A stretch of DNA of 64,000 bases from a bacterium (GTDB lineage Bacteria; Patescibacteriota; Microgenomatia; Daviesbacterales; UBA10151): the NCBI GenBank assembly GCA_021786105.1, contig JAJYNW010000026.1, positions 1 to 64,000 of the forward strand, given 5' to 3'. Made by a program: the position numbers and the translations under genes. The notes under the pieces were generated by a model, which saw nothing but the letters and a program-made list of their open reading frames with translations, had not been told where the DNA came from and did not search any database. Shown here one piece after another: positions 9,070 through 19,299 of this stretch. Numbering within the stretch: the stretch's first letter is position 1; each line of letters opens with the position of its first letter.

Positions 9070-9715
9070 TTTTTATTACCTCTTTTAGATTACTGATTAA
9101 AAAATCAGGCTTGGCTTTTTTTAAACGGAGGGTAGAACAGTAACCATGGGTAATCGCCGCTGTATAAAAACCTAATTCTTTACCAATTTCTATCTCCTCA
9201 ATAGAGTCACCAATAACCAATACCTCCTTAGCCGATAATTTCTTACTTATAATATAATCTTTAAGCTTTTCTGCCTTGGCACGGCCACGGAAAGCCGATT
9301 CAGGATGGGTATTGGCTAAAACTCGGTTAAAATACTTGCCGATCTTTAATCTTTTGAGCTGAATTTTAATCGGTTCATGGAGGTGGTTGCTGAAAATAAG
9401 TGCCTCAATTTGATTTTTAGAAAGCCAAATTAATAATTCTTTGGCAAAAGCCCTAGATCTGACTTTACCGGCTCTCTGCTCATAATTGGTGTGGAAAACA
9501 TGGGCTACCTCAACTTTTTTGCGGTCAAGCACCTCAGCTGATGCACCCATGGCAATATAGGCATTTCTGGCCGGAATATCAAAACATGCCTGAAATTTTT
9601 TTAAATTAATTGCCTTAACACCAAGGAATTTAAAAACTTCATTTACTGCATCCACTGCGGCCAGAGAATCAGCAAAAATTGTCCCATTCCAATCAAAAGC
9701 CACCAATTTAATCAT
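9047..9715 (-). CDS. HAD-superfamily hydrolase
   Basis: Motif I 'FDWNGT', motif IV 'VIGDS', 'PDFLI'. Confidence 0.85.
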   Translation of the reverse strand: MIKLVAFDWNGTIFADSLAAVDAVNEVFKFLGVKAINLKKFQACFDIPARNAYIAMGASAEVLDRKKVEVAHVFHTNYEQRAGKVRSRAFAKELLIWLSKNQIEALIFSNHLHEPIKIQLKRLKIGKYFNRVLANTHPESAFRGRAKAEKLKDYIISKKLSAKEVLVIGDSIEEIEIGKELGFYTAAITHGYCSTLRLKKAKPDFLISNLKEVIKIIGNLNP

Positions 9716-10085
9716 GCAGAAATTATACCAAAGAAGAAGTAAAGTTAGGATCTTCCTAAATTCGCTATCACGTCTATCATCTGAAGCTCCCAATCGCGTT
9801 GCTCAGCTGAATTGCTATATGGAAGCGGAGCTTTTGGATCGACTTCGAGCATTTTTGCTATATCAGCAGGTCCGGAAACAATTCTTTCCCATAAAGTTTG
9901 CTGTCCTATCGGTTTGGACTCTCTTCGGGTTACCCCTAAATTTCCATCCGGTATTTTATCATTCCTTAATCTCTCTCCAGGCATTATCAAACACTAGCAT
10001 ACCAAAATTCTGCTGTCAATTCCTGTAAAACTATTATCGAATTCTTACAAAATAATGTTAGTATGGAACAAAAGGGGGTGAGAAA

Positions 10086-10469
10086 ATGGCAGGTTACATT
10101 GTTAATATTGAAGAAAAAACGGAACAGAATGAGAATTTCCGGGAAGTTTTATTTACCAGTCCGCACAGCCAATTAGTAGTCATGAGCCTTCAGCCCAATG
10201 AAGATATTGGTATGGAAACTCATGAAAAGGTGGATCAATTCATTAGAATTGAAGCGGGAGAAGGCAAGGCGGTTTTAAACGGCGAGGAGAACTTGATTTC
10301 GGACGGTTCGGCCATTGTTATACCAGCCGGCACAGAACATAACGTCATCAATACTTCAAACCAGGAACTAAAACTATACACAATCTACTCTCCGCCAAAT
10401 CACCGGGATAAAACCATTCACAAAACCAAAGCAGAGGCGGAAGCCGATACAGAAGATATCCCGAGTTGA
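10086..10469 (+). CDS. Cupin-domain protein
   Basis: 'IGMETHEKVDQFIRIE..IPAGTEHNVIN..YSPPNH'. Confidence 0.9.
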   Translation: MAGYIVNIEEKTEQNENFREVLFTSPHSQLVVMSLQPNEDIGMETHEKVDQFIRIEAGEGKAVLNGEENLISDGSAIVIPAGTEHNVINTSNQELKLYTIYSPPNHRDKTIHKTKAEAEADTEDIPS

Positions 10470-10505
10470 CTGTTTTAAAAATTAACAGTAGACTAAATTT
10501 GTAGC

Positions 10506-12158
10506 ATGGATAGTGATCTTGTCACCCGACTTAAAGATGTTGTTTCCGGAGATGTGGCAGCCGACGAAGAAACCCTTAATACGTTTAGTCACGATACTTC
10601 ACTTTTCGAAGTTAAACCGCAGGCAGTAGTTTACCCAAAAACAGAAGAAGATGTACAAAAACTGGTCAAATTTGTGACCGAAAACAAAAAAACTCTTCCT
10701 AATCTGTCTTTAACCGGCCGATCCGCCGGCACCGACATGGGAGGAGGGTCCATCAATGAATCAATCATTGTGGCTTTTGGCAAATATTTTAATCATGGCC
10801 CGAAAATTTCCGGCCAAATTGCCACTGTTGAACCGGGGGTATTTTATCGGGATTTTGAAAAAGAAACCCTGGCTCATAACTTAATTTTCCCCAGTTACCC
10901 GGCTTCTCGGGAACTGTGCGCCATGGGCGGAATTGTTAACAATAATGCCGGCGGGGAAAAATCTTTGTTTTATGGCAAGACCGAAAACTTTGTTAAACTG
11001 GTCAAAGTAGTTTTGCGGGATGGTAATACATATGAATTAAAACCGCTAACCGAAGCAGAGCTACAAGAAAAAATGAAATTAAAAACCTTGGAAGGGGAGA
11101 TTTATACCAAAATGCATCAGCTGATTTCTGAAAATTATGATGACATTATGAAAGCCAAACCCACAGTTTCCAAAAATTCTGCCGGTTACAGTTTGTGGGA
11201 TGTTTGGGACAAGGAAAAGGGTATTTTTGATTTAGCCAAATTATGGGTGGGAGCCCAAGGCACGCTGGGAATGATGCTGAAAGCTGATATCCAGTTAGTG
11301 CCCATTCACCAACATCGGGAAATGATGATCCTTTTCTTATACGATCTATCACACCTTGGTGAAATCATCAATGCTGTTTTACCCTTAGAGCCGGAAAGTT
11401 TTGAAGCTTATGATGACAATACCTTAAAGCTGGCTTTAAAATTTTTCCCGGAATTTGCCAAACAATTGGGCACCAAAAGCTTCCTCCAAACCGGTCTGGA
11501 ATTTATGCCGGAATTTTTTATGGTGTTAACTCACGGTCTGCCAAAAATGGTTTTGCAGATTGATTTTACCGGTGACAACATGGAGGAATTAGGAAAAAAG
11601 ATTAAAGAGCTGGAAGAAAAGGTCAAACCATACCACCCGAAAATTAAAATCGCAATAGAAAGGCAGGAAGAAAAATACTGGGTCATCAGGAGAGAAAGCT
11701 TTAGTTTGCTAAGAAATAAAATCCGCGACAAACACACCGCTCCCTTTGTGGATGATTTTGTGGTAGCTCCACAGTATTTACCGGAATTCCTTCCCAAAGT
11801 TAATGCTCTATTTAAACAATACCCCAGTCTGATTTATACGGTGGCCGGTCACATCGGCAACGGCAACTTCCATATTATCCCTTTAATGGATATCACCAAA
11901 AAAGACCAGCGGGATATTATCCCGGAATTGGGCAAAAAGGTGTATAATTTGGTACTTTCTTACCACGGTTCAATTACCGGCGAACACAATGACGGTATTA
12001 TCAGAACGCCATATCTTGAGCAAATGTTTGGTAAAAAAATGGTGGAGCTGTTTGAAAAAACCAAAGAAATTTTTGATCCGCAAAATATTTTTAACCCCGG
12101 TAAAAAAGTCCACGGCTCTTTAGACTACGCCATGAGCCACATCCGCCAACAGTGGTAA
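10506..12158 (+). CDS. FAD-linked oxidase (GlcD/D-lactate dehydrogenase family)
   Basis: 'GAQGTLG', 'GHIGNGNFH', 'GEHNDG', 'FNPGK'. Confidence 0.9.
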   Translation: MDSDLVTRLKDVVSGDVAADEETLNTFSHDTSLFEVKPQAVVYPKTEEDVQKLVKFVTENKKTLPNLSLTGRSAGTDMGGGSINESIIVAFGKYFNHGPKISGQIATVEPGVFYRDFEKETLAHNLIFPSYPASRELCAMGGIVNNNAGGEKSLFYGKTENFVKLVKVVLRDGNTYELKPLTEAELQEKMKLKTLEGEIYTKMHQLISENYDDIMKAKPTVSKNSAGYSLWDVWDKEKGIFDLAKLWVGAQGTLGMMLKADIQLVPIHQHREMMILFLYDLSHLGEIINAVLPLEPESFEAYDDNTLKLALKFFPEFAKQLGTKSFLQTGLEFMPEFFMVLTHGLPKMVLQIDFTGDNMEELGKKIKELEEKVKPYHPKIKIAIERQEEKYWVIRRESFSLLRNKIRDKHTAPFVDDFVVAPQYLPEFLPKVNALFKQYPSLIYTVAGHIGNGNFHIIPLMDITKKDQRDIIPELGKKVYNLVLSYHGSITGEHNDGIIRTPYLEQMFGKKMVELFEKTKEIFDPQNIFNPGKKVHGSLDYAMSHIRQQW

Positions 12159-12227
12159 TACTTTACATTCACACCCGGAGGGTGATATAGCTTTACACCT
12201 ATTCTTAATTGCATTACAGGAATTTGT

Positions 12228-12899
12228 TTAGTCTAAAACGAGATGCTTTATAGCATCCAATTGCCTGGCATAATCTATTTGGTTGTTAACAAATTCCCGA
12301 TAAGCTTGGGTTGATTTAAACATACTCAAAACTAAGTCTTTTTGTGATATTTCTTCTGCAGACAAAGACAAGTATTCCGGATAGGATGACCAATGATAAT
12401 TTTCCAGTTCTTCGCTGGGTATTATACTTGAGGTCACCGGATTTAAATGAATATACCTTGAAGCATGTACTAATTGCTCATCAGTTTCGATATGAACCGC
12501 CTTAAAGACCCCTTCAAACAATGGACCAGCCCTTTTGTACTTAGTATTGAAATATTTGATATAAGCATTTGTTATATTAGATATAAAAGAAGAAATTCCT
12601 TTATCGGATGTTTGTTTTAAAAGAAAGTGAAAATGATTTGGCATGATGCAATAGCTTAAAATATCAAGTATTCGTTCACTGCTATGTAATTCTTCTAACA
12701 TTTTTTCTCTAATATCTATAGGTTGCTGATTAACCTGAGAAAATCTGATGGGGATATTTTTATGCCTGTAAAATTTAATTAGTTTTTGAATTCTTTCAAA
12801 CTCTTTTTTATCGTTAAAAGTGCTTCTTCGATCTATGCCTCGATTGAAAACGTGATAAATCTCATTATTTTGAAATACCAACTTTCGAAATGTGGCCAT
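12228..12899 (-). mobile_element. REP-associated tyrosine transposase (RAYT, Y1 HUH)
   Basis: 'YHVFNRG', HUH 'MPNHFH', 'YIHLNP', 'WSSY'; flanked by CC(C/A)GGAGGGTG motifs near 12175 and 12945. Confidence 0.88.
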
Positions 12900-12996
12900 A
12901 GATAAATCTTAATCAAAATAAAGATAGGGTGTTAACCTAAACTACCAGGAGGGTGTAAAACTGACAATACATTAAAATTATAGTAATATACGAAGA

Positions 12997-13527
12997 ATGT
13001 CAGCAGCAGAAACAGAAAATTTAGTTCCAGTACGAATTTGGTGGGGCGATTCAACTAGCGCTCAATTAGCTAAATATACGAGGAACGTTTACGAGGAGCG
13101 GAAATTAGCAAGTAATGATTTTCGTCAACAAACACGTTTATATCGGAAATATACATATGGGTCTGGAAATCCAGATGACCTATTATACGATTTAGGACAT
13201 TCTGGCAGAGGCTTGGATTCCTTTCCTAGAGAAATTGAACTAAGGATACCAAAACCAGCAGAAGTAATTAGTGAATACGGAGCGTCTGCGAAAGGCTTAG
13301 AGGTAGAATTGCAAACTTCCAGCTTAGTTATTCAACTAGCAAATATCGCAGAGAGTTATCTTCAAACGCTGCCCTTAAGACAGCAGGATCCGCTGGCTTA
13401 TTCAGACACAATAAAATTAATGCAGATTCTCGCTGAGAGTTTGGGTGATAAAAAAACTCATATCTCATTAGTCTGTTTTGGTTATTATGAGCCTGAAGAT
13501 GCTTATGAAGTTAAGGAAATAGAATAA
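12997..13527 (+). CDS. Hypothetical protein
   Basis: 176-aa ORF filling the gap, no motif recognised. Confidence 0.6.
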   Translation: MSAAETENLVPVRIWWGDSTSAQLAKYTRNVYEERKLASNDFRQQTRLYRKYTYGSGNPDDLLYDLGHSGRGLDSFPREIELRIPKPAEVISEYGASAKGLEVELQTSSLVIQLANIAESYLQTLPLRQQDPLAYSDTIKLMQILAESLGDKKTHISLVCFGYYEPEDAYEVKEIE

Positions 13528-13555
13528 AATCCGGACATCAAGAAGTCACGCTAAA

Positions 13556-14299
13556 CTACTGAATCTCGTAGCTTAAAGTAATATCAACGGTTACTTCAGA
13601 AGAACCTGGTTCAACCTGAGTCCGCGTATCTCCGGCAGATTTTTCCAGAGCCCCTACAGCCATCGGCACTGGTCTGGGCTGACCTTGCAGATTTTCAGAA
13701 TAATTGATAATCCTGCCTAACCTAAACCCGGCAATTTGGGCAGCTTCTGCGGCTTTTTTCTTAGCCGCTTCCACGGCTTTTTGCCGAGCTTCATTTTCTA
13801 GTTTGGTTTTATCATCAATATCAAAGGAAACGCCGGAAACCTGGTTGGCTCCATTATTAGTCGCTGTATCAATCACGTTATTAGCATTATCCAAATTCCG
13901 GACTTTTATTAACAAATTAGTGCTGGCAGAATAGCCGGTAATTTTTTGTGATCCGCTACCATAATCATAAGTCGGGAAAATGCTGTAGTTGGCGGTTTGG
14001 ATATCTTTGGCATCTACGCCGGCTTGTTTCAAAGCCTCCGAAACTTTATTAATCACACCGTTGATTTGATCCTGGACTGCTTTGACGCTTTGAGCTTGAA
14101 CTTGGATTCCGGCAGTAATTGAAGCTATATCAGGCTTAGCGGTAATTTTGCCTTCACCAGTCACATCAAAAGTGGTGGATTTTTGAGTGGTTACGCTGGT
14201 AACAGAGAAGGGGAGCGGACCAACTAATCTAGTGTACAGAAACAGCATGACAAAAAAGGCAATTAACCAAACAAACGGATACGCAAATTTAGAATACAT
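13556..14299 (-). CDS. SIMPL/DUF541 domain protein
   Basis: 'VTGEGKITAKPD', 'GANQVSGVSF', 'ARQKAVEAA'. Confidence 0.9.
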   Translation of the reverse strand: MYSKFAYPFVWLIAFFVMLFLYTRLVGPLPFSVTSVTTQKSTTFDVTGEGKITAKPDIASITAGIQVQAQSVKAVQDQINGVINKVSEALKQAGVDAKDIQTANYSIFPTYDYGSGSQKITGYSASTNLLIKVRNLDNANNVIDTATNNGANQVSGVSFDIDDKTKLENEARQKAVEAAKKKAAEAAQIAGFRLGRIINYSENLQGQPRPVPMAVGALEKSAGDTRTQVEPGSSEVTVDITLSYEIQ

Positions 14300-14301
14300 A
14301 A

Positions 14302-14676
14302 TTATTTACGTCTTTTAAGTTTTAATTCATGAGCTACAATCGGAATCTGCTCAATATTATTTATCCTGTTCCCATAATCAATGTTTTTATCGATAACTTG
14401 ATCTAATTTTCGATCCATCTGCTCAACCCTGTTTTTTAATCCATCTATATCTTCTTTTACATTCCCCATATCTACAGTTAGTCGACTTGTCTGATCCCAA
14501 AGAATATCCAGCTTCCGGGTATGGCTTTCTAAAACCTGGGTATGGCTTTCTAAAACCTGGGTATGGCTTTCTAAAACCTGGGTATGGCTTTCTAAAGTTT
14601 TCTTTACCGGTTTAAGGGCGATATCAATTTCTTCTTTAACAACAGTTCTTATTCTTTTTATATCTTCGTCAGTCAT
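14302..14676 (-). CDS. Coiled-coil protein with heptad repeats
   Basis: (LESHTQV)n repeats. Confidence 0.7.
   Translation of the reverse strand: MTDEDIKRIRTVVKEEIDIALKPVKKTLESHTQVLESHTQVLESHTQVLESHTRKLDILWDQTSRLTVDMGNVKEDIDGLKNRVEQMDRKLDQVIDKNIDYGNRINNIEQIPIVAHELKLKRRK
14517..14596. repeat. 21-bp coding tandem repeat, about 3.8 copies
   Basis: Unit GGGTATGGCTTTCTAAAACCT. Confidence 0.95.
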
Positions 14677-14778
14677 AGTTAGATATTAAGAAAATTTAGG
14701 TAAAAACTCAAGATAGATTATCTGGATCATATCTCATCAACTCACCAAAATTGCGGTTGATATAAGATAAAAAGTGAT

Positions 14779-15023
14779 ATGATGAGATTAATGAATCAAA
14801 AAGGCTTTGCTCCGATACTACTTATTCTTTTAATTGCTTCAGCGGTTGGTGGATATTTACTTTATCAAAAGCAAATTAAAATTATATACAAATATTTGAC
14901 GGCGGTACAATTGATCAGCCTAATCCCAGCCCAAATAAGGATGCGCCTACCCCTAATAGTTTTCCCCGTTATCTTGATCCAAATATTGAAAAAGTAATTA
15001 CTGAATGTAAAATAATTTCTTAA
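14779..15023 (+). pseudogene. Remnant of a secreted protein with KGF pilin-like signal
   Basis: 'MNQKGFAPILLILL..' then a plausible C-terminal tail (QIFDGG..ECKIIS*) in another frame, suggesting an internal deletion. Confidence 0.4.
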
Positions 15024-15083
15024 ATCTCTGCGATTGGTGAGCTCAAGGGATAAATACCGATTATCTATATCGCTCTGGTCAGA

Positions 15084-15821
15084 CTAATTTGTAAATTTAA
15101 AACTTTGGAGGATGTTTTCTCCGGTTTGATCAGAAGCAGTCAAAACTCTAATTAAAAACATTTTGCCTCCGTGTTCTAAATATAAATATTTGGGTGCTCC
15201 TGGTTGATAAGAAACAATTTTGTATTTTGCTGTCTGACTGGAAATTGTGGCTTCCTGATCCAAAATCACATGTCCTTTAGAAGTTTTATCAAACACTCCC
15301 CAAAGGAAAGGATAATACCAGTATTTATCAAACCATTGGTCCACCGTCAGCTGATTTGGGTTATCAAAAATCCAGATAGTAAGAGGTGAATTATCAAAAG
15401 AAGAATCCTTATCTAAAACCGCTACCGCAGACAGCAATTTACCCGGAGCATATCCCACATAACTGGTAAAATTTGCCTTGTTATCTCCGCCAAATCTTTT
15501 GGCAAAATCTTCTTCTGAATCAGGCTGGACTGACAAAGTTTTTGGATAAGAAAAGGTAAAAGAATATTCATCATTGGTATAAGTTTCCCGCAAATTAATT
15601 GGCTTAGAAGTCGGAACAGTGGTTGGGACCAGAGAGGGAACCGGCGATGCAGCAGCTGTTTGTTTCAAAACGGGAGCAGAAACATCTTGTGCCATCACTG
15701 TTTCCTGTGGCTTAAACTGAGGCTTTTTTATTGCAGCAAAGTAGAAAATTTCAACGGCAACTCCAAAAACCGCCGCGATAAAAAGAATCAATAATATGTG
15801 TCCGAAACCTTTTTGCCCCAC
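15084..15821 (-). CDS. Membrane-anchored exported protein (KGF N-terminus, PsbP-like)
   Basis: 'MGQKGFGHILLIL', Pro/Thr linker, 'YTNDEYSFTFSYP', 'ILQSFKF'. Confidence 0.65.
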   Translation of the reverse strand: MGQKGFGHILLILFIAAVFGVAVEIFYFAAIKKPQFKPQETVMAQDVSAPVLKQTAAASPVPSLVPTTVPTSKPINLRETYTNDEYSFTFSYPKTLSVQPDSEEDFAKRFGGDNKANFTSYVGYAPGKLLSAVAVLDKDSSFDNSPLTIWIFDNPNQLTVDQWFDKYWYYPFLWGVFDKTSKGHVILDQEATISSQTAKYKIVSYQPGAPKYLYLEHGGKMFLIRVLTASDQTGENILQSFKFTN

Positions 15822-15922
15822 AATTTAAATATATACCAATCGTATCTTAAAATACAAAATATACACTACTCTTACCAAGTTCTTATTCTTCCATTAATCA
15901 TTACTTTTATACTGGAAGCTCG

Positions 15923-16597
15923 ATGATCCCATTAAGAGATTCCCGGCCTTTATCAAGGTTTCCATTTTGGGTGATATTAATCATTTTGGTAAATGCATAT
16001 ATTTTTTATTTGGAGTTAACGTCACCCAATCCAGATCAGTTTATTACCAAGTATTCCTTAATCCCGTCTCAAATCGATTTTTCCAACTATAAAACCCTTT
16101 TCCCCTTTATCAGCAGCCAGTTCATTCACGGCGGATTCTTGCACATAATTTCCAATATGATATTCCTATGGGTATTTGGTAATAATATCGAAGCAACTTT
16201 GGGCTTTCTCCTCTTTCCTATCTTTTACCTGGTCTCAGGCGTTATTGCCGGATTAACTCAATTTTTTTTCACTCCCACCGCCACCATTCCCATGCTGGGA
16301 GCGTCCGGAGCAATTGCCGGTGTATTGGGATCTTATTTTGCTCTTTTTCCCCGCAATAAGATTAAAACATTAATTTTCATCTTTGTCTTTATTACCATTA
16401 TCGATGTACCGGCCTATTTCTTGCTTTTCTTTTGGTTTATTACCCAGTTTTTCAGCGGAGTGTCATCAATTTCCGCCAGCGCTGACAGCGGCGGGATAGC
16501 TTTTCTTCCTCATATGGGTGGATTCCTCTTTGGCTGGTCCATTACCATACCAATGCTCGCCAAACTACGTTACCCTAAATTTAAAATTTTCAGCTGA
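15923..16597 (+). CDS. Rhomboid intramembrane protease
   Basis: 'HIISNM', 'GASGAIAG', 'HMGGFLFG'. Confidence 0.93.
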   Translation: MIPLRDSRPLSRFPFWVILIILVNAYIFYLELTSPNPDQFITKYSLIPSQIDFSNYKTLFPFISSQFIHGGFLHIISNMIFLWVFGNNIEATLGFLLFPIFYLVSGVIAGLTQFFFTPTATIPMLGASGAIAGVLGSYFALFPRNKIKTLIFIFVFITIIDVPAYFLLFFWFITQFFSGVSSISASADSGGIAFLPHMGGFLFGWSITIPMLAKLRYPKFKIFS

Positions 16598-16604
16598 GGA
16601 AAAA

Positions 16605-16853
16605 CTACTTTCTTTCTACAGTAATTGAGCATTCGGTAACCAATGCGGCGATTGCTCCCACAGCTGCCAACATAGGAGCCAGTAGCACTCCCACCACGCC
16701 AAAGGTTAAAGGAAACTGCACTAAGATTCTCCCCTCCTTATCTTTGATGGTGATTCTTCTAATATTGCCTTCGTGGATAAGTTCCTTAACTTTTTTCAAC
16801 AGATCTTCTCCTTTTACTTCATATGTTTCGGATTTGTTTTCTTTTTTAGCCAT
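16605..16853 (-). CDS. DUF4342 protein
   Basis: 'KVKELIHEGNIRRITIK..CSITVER'. Confidence 0.85.
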   Translation of the reverse strand: MAKKENKSETYEVKGEDLLKKVKELIHEGNIRRITIKDKEGRILVQFPLTFGVVGVLLAPMLAAVGAIAALVTECSITVERK

Positions 16854-16945
16854 CTTAAAATCATTATACACTAATTGGACTCTCAGGTCATTCTCAGGTA
16901 AAATACGTAAACTTGAAAGCCTAAGAGGCTAAGGATAGGAGCTAT

Positions 16946-17620
16946 ATGAGAATACTGGTGGTGGAGGATGAGCATAAAATCGCGAACTCTATTAAAAAAG
17001 GCTTGGAACAGGAAGGCTATGCGACAGATGTGGCCTATACCGGCACCGAGGGTTTTGATTTAGCCTCCAGCGAGGAATATGATCTGATACTTCTGGACAT
17101 TTTACTCCCGGGGATTAACGGAATCGAAATCTGCAAGGATTTAAGAAAAAAGCAAATTCATACCCCAATTTTAATACTGACAGCCAAAGGCCAGGTTTCT
17201 GATAAGGTAGAGGGGTTAGACGCCGGAGCAGATGATTATTTAACAAAACCTTTTGCTTTTGAGGAGCTTTTAGCCAGAATCAGGAGTTTGTTAAGGCGGC
17301 CAAAAGATAATATCGGATCAGTTTTAAAGTGCGAGGATCTAACCTTGGAAACTTTGACTTATCAGGTCAAACGGGGAGATAAAAGCATCCAACTTTCTTC
17401 CAAAGAGTATGCCTTGCTGGAATATTTATTAAGACACCAAAACCAGGTTTTAACCAAGGAACAAATTATTAATCATATTTGGGATTATGATGCTGACGTT
17501 TTGCCCAATACGGTTGAGGTTTATATCGGGTATTTGAGAAATAAAATAGATAAACCATTCCCTGACAAACCGGCTTTAATTCATACAGTCAGAGGTTTTG
17601 GTTACAGACTGGGGGCATAA
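16946..17620 (+). CDS. OmpR-family response regulator
   Basis: Receiver 'VVEDE..LLDILLP..GADDYLTKPF', wHTH 'TVRGFGY'. Confidence 0.95.
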   Translation: MRILVVEDEHKIANSIKKGLEQEGYATDVAYTGTEGFDLASSEEYDLILLDILLPGINGIEICKDLRKKQIHTPILILTAKGQVSDKVEGLDAGADDYLTKPFAFEELLARIRSLLRRPKDNIGSVLKCEDLTLETLTYQVKRGDKSIQLSSKEYALLEYLLRHQNQVLTKEQIINHIWDYDADVLPNTVEVYIGYLRNKIDKPFPDKPALIHTVRGFGYRLGA

Positions 17621-18634
17621 ATGTTTACAACAACCCGCTTAAAATTAACCGCTTGGTACCTGTTAATTATTATGCTAATCAGCGTTTCCTTTAGCTTGGC
17701 AATTTATCACGTTTTAACCGATGAGCTAAACAGAGTGGAAAGGGTGCAAAGATTGAGACAAGAAAGAAGAATATTTATTCTTGCCCCCGGATCACCAAGA
17801 ACGCCTTCAATTGACCCAGAAGTCATGGAAGAAAGCAAAAACCGCCTTAAATCAATTCTGGTGCTGGTTAATTTAGGGATTTTAGGCGCTTCCAGTTTAG
17901 CCGGTTATTTCTTGGCCGGCCGGACCCTGCGGCCGATTAGTCAAATGCTGGATGAGCAGAACAGATTTATTACTGACGCATCCCACGAACTGCGAACTCC
18001 TTTAACCTCCTTAAAAAGCGAAATCGAGGTGAATTTACGAGACAAAGATTTGACTTTAAAAACTACCAAAAATCTTTTACAAAGCAATTTGGAAGAGGTT
18101 AATAATTTACAATATCTGTCTGATAATTTAATCAAACTGACTCAATACCAAAAAGAAAACGCGGTTAGTTTTGAGGCGGTTAATTTGAAAGAAGTCAGCG
18201 GAATTGCCCAAAGGAAAGTGGCTAACTTAGCAAAGAGAAAAAATATCATCATTAAAAATGAGGTTAACGATGGAGAAATTTCCGGTGGTTGGCAAAGCCT
18301 GATAGAGCTTTTTGTAGTATTTTTGGATAATGCCATCAAGTATTCACCCAAAGGAAAAACCGTAACTTTGACATCCCGAAAAATAGACAGGTCAATCGAA
18401 GTTGAAATCCGAGATCAAGGTATGGGAATTGAGGAAAAAGATATACCGCACCTGTTTGACCGTTTTTTCCGGGCTGATAAATCCCGGACTAAAGCCGAAG
18501 CAGGCGGATACGGATTGGGTTTATCAATTGCCAAACAAATCGTTGATAAACACCAAGGTTCTATTAGAGTAGAGAGCAAATTAGACAAAGGAAGCGTTTT
18601 TACTCTCCGCTTTCCGTTAAGGTACTCTTTCTAA
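17621..18634 (+). CDS. Sensor histidine kinase
   Basis: H-box 'ASHELRTPL', 'DNAIKYS', 'GYGLGLSI'. Confidence 0.95.
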   Translation: MFTTTRLKLTAWYLLIIMLISVSFSLAIYHVLTDELNRVERVQRLRQERRIFILAPGSPRTPSIDPEVMEESKNRLKSILVLVNLGILGASSLAGYFLAGRTLRPISQMLDEQNRFITDASHELRTPLTSLKSEIEVNLRDKDLTLKTTKNLLQSNLEEVNNLQYLSDNLIKLTQYQKENAVSFEAVNLKEVSGIAQRKVANLAKRKNIIIKNEVNDGEISGGWQSLIELFVVFLDNAIKYSPKGKTVTLTSRKIDRSIEVEIRDQGMGIEEKDIPHLFDRFFRADKSRTKAEAGGYGLGLSIAKQIVDKHQGSIRVESKLDKGSVFTLRFPLRYSF

Positions 18635-18685
18635 GCATTTTATCAGGTTAATTTAGTAAATTTCCCTCTCAAAGGGGGTGAGGAA

Positions 18686-19195
18686 ATGATTAAAAGAAGA
18701 ATTCTTTCTATAACAGCCCTTTTTATGCTGGGTTCAACCATGGTTTTCAGCGCACTTCCTGCCTATGCACAAGATTCCAATACCAACCATCCAAACTTTT
18801 TCCAGGGGTTAATTGATGCAATAGCCCAAAAGTTCGGCTTGAAAAAAACTCAGGTGCAAAACGTAATTACTGATTACCAAAATCAACAGAAACAGTTGAG
18901 GCTGACTAATTTACAGCAAAGGCAAAAAAGCCGGCTTGATCAATTAGTTTCCCAAGGTAAAATCACCCAGGATCAGGAAAATTTGATTTTGAATAAATTG
19001 CAGGAGCTGCAAAATAACCGACAGAACTGGAAAAATTTAACTCCAGATCAGAGGAAAACTGCCATGCAGAAGCAAAGAACTGACTTGCAAAATTGGGCCA
19101 AGCAAAACAATATTGACCTCAAATACCTATATAGTTTCAGAATGGGTAAAGGAATGATGGGTATGAGAGGCAAGGGCTGGACTAAGCCAAATTAG
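18686..19195 (+). CDS. Exported Gln-rich hypothetical protein
   Basis: Signal peptide, 'LDQLVSQGKITQ'; strong SD. Confidence 0.7.
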   Translation: MIKRRILSITALFMLGSTMVFSALPAYAQDSNTNHPNFFQGLIDAIAQKFGLKKTQVQNVITDYQNQQKQLRLTNLQQRQKSRLDQLVSQGKITQDQENLILNKLQELQNNRQNWKNLTPDQRKTAMQKQRTDLQNWAKQNNIDLKYLYSFRMGKGMMGMRGKGWTKPN

Positions 19196-19216
19196 TCAAA
19201 ATCGGGTCCACTTTTT

Positions 19217-19250
19217 AAAAACTCCCGGGTTTAGATACCCGGGAGTTTTT
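19217..19250. terminator. Intrinsic terminator
   Basis: AAAACTCCCGGGT-ttagat-ACCCGGGAGTTTT. Confidence 0.85.
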
Positions 19251-19299
19251 CTGGTTTTAAGCTTATTCTCAGCTTGCTCTATTAATGTATACTTACGAA

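Noticed and set aside
9745-9990. 81-aa minus-strand ORF
   Set aside because: It could be a real orphan gene, but it has no motif and competes with overlapping frames, so it was not called.
14517-14596. Possible CRISPR array
   Set aside because: The repeats are contiguous with no spacers and lie in frame within a CDS. No repeat-spacer array or cas gene was seen anywhere in the window.
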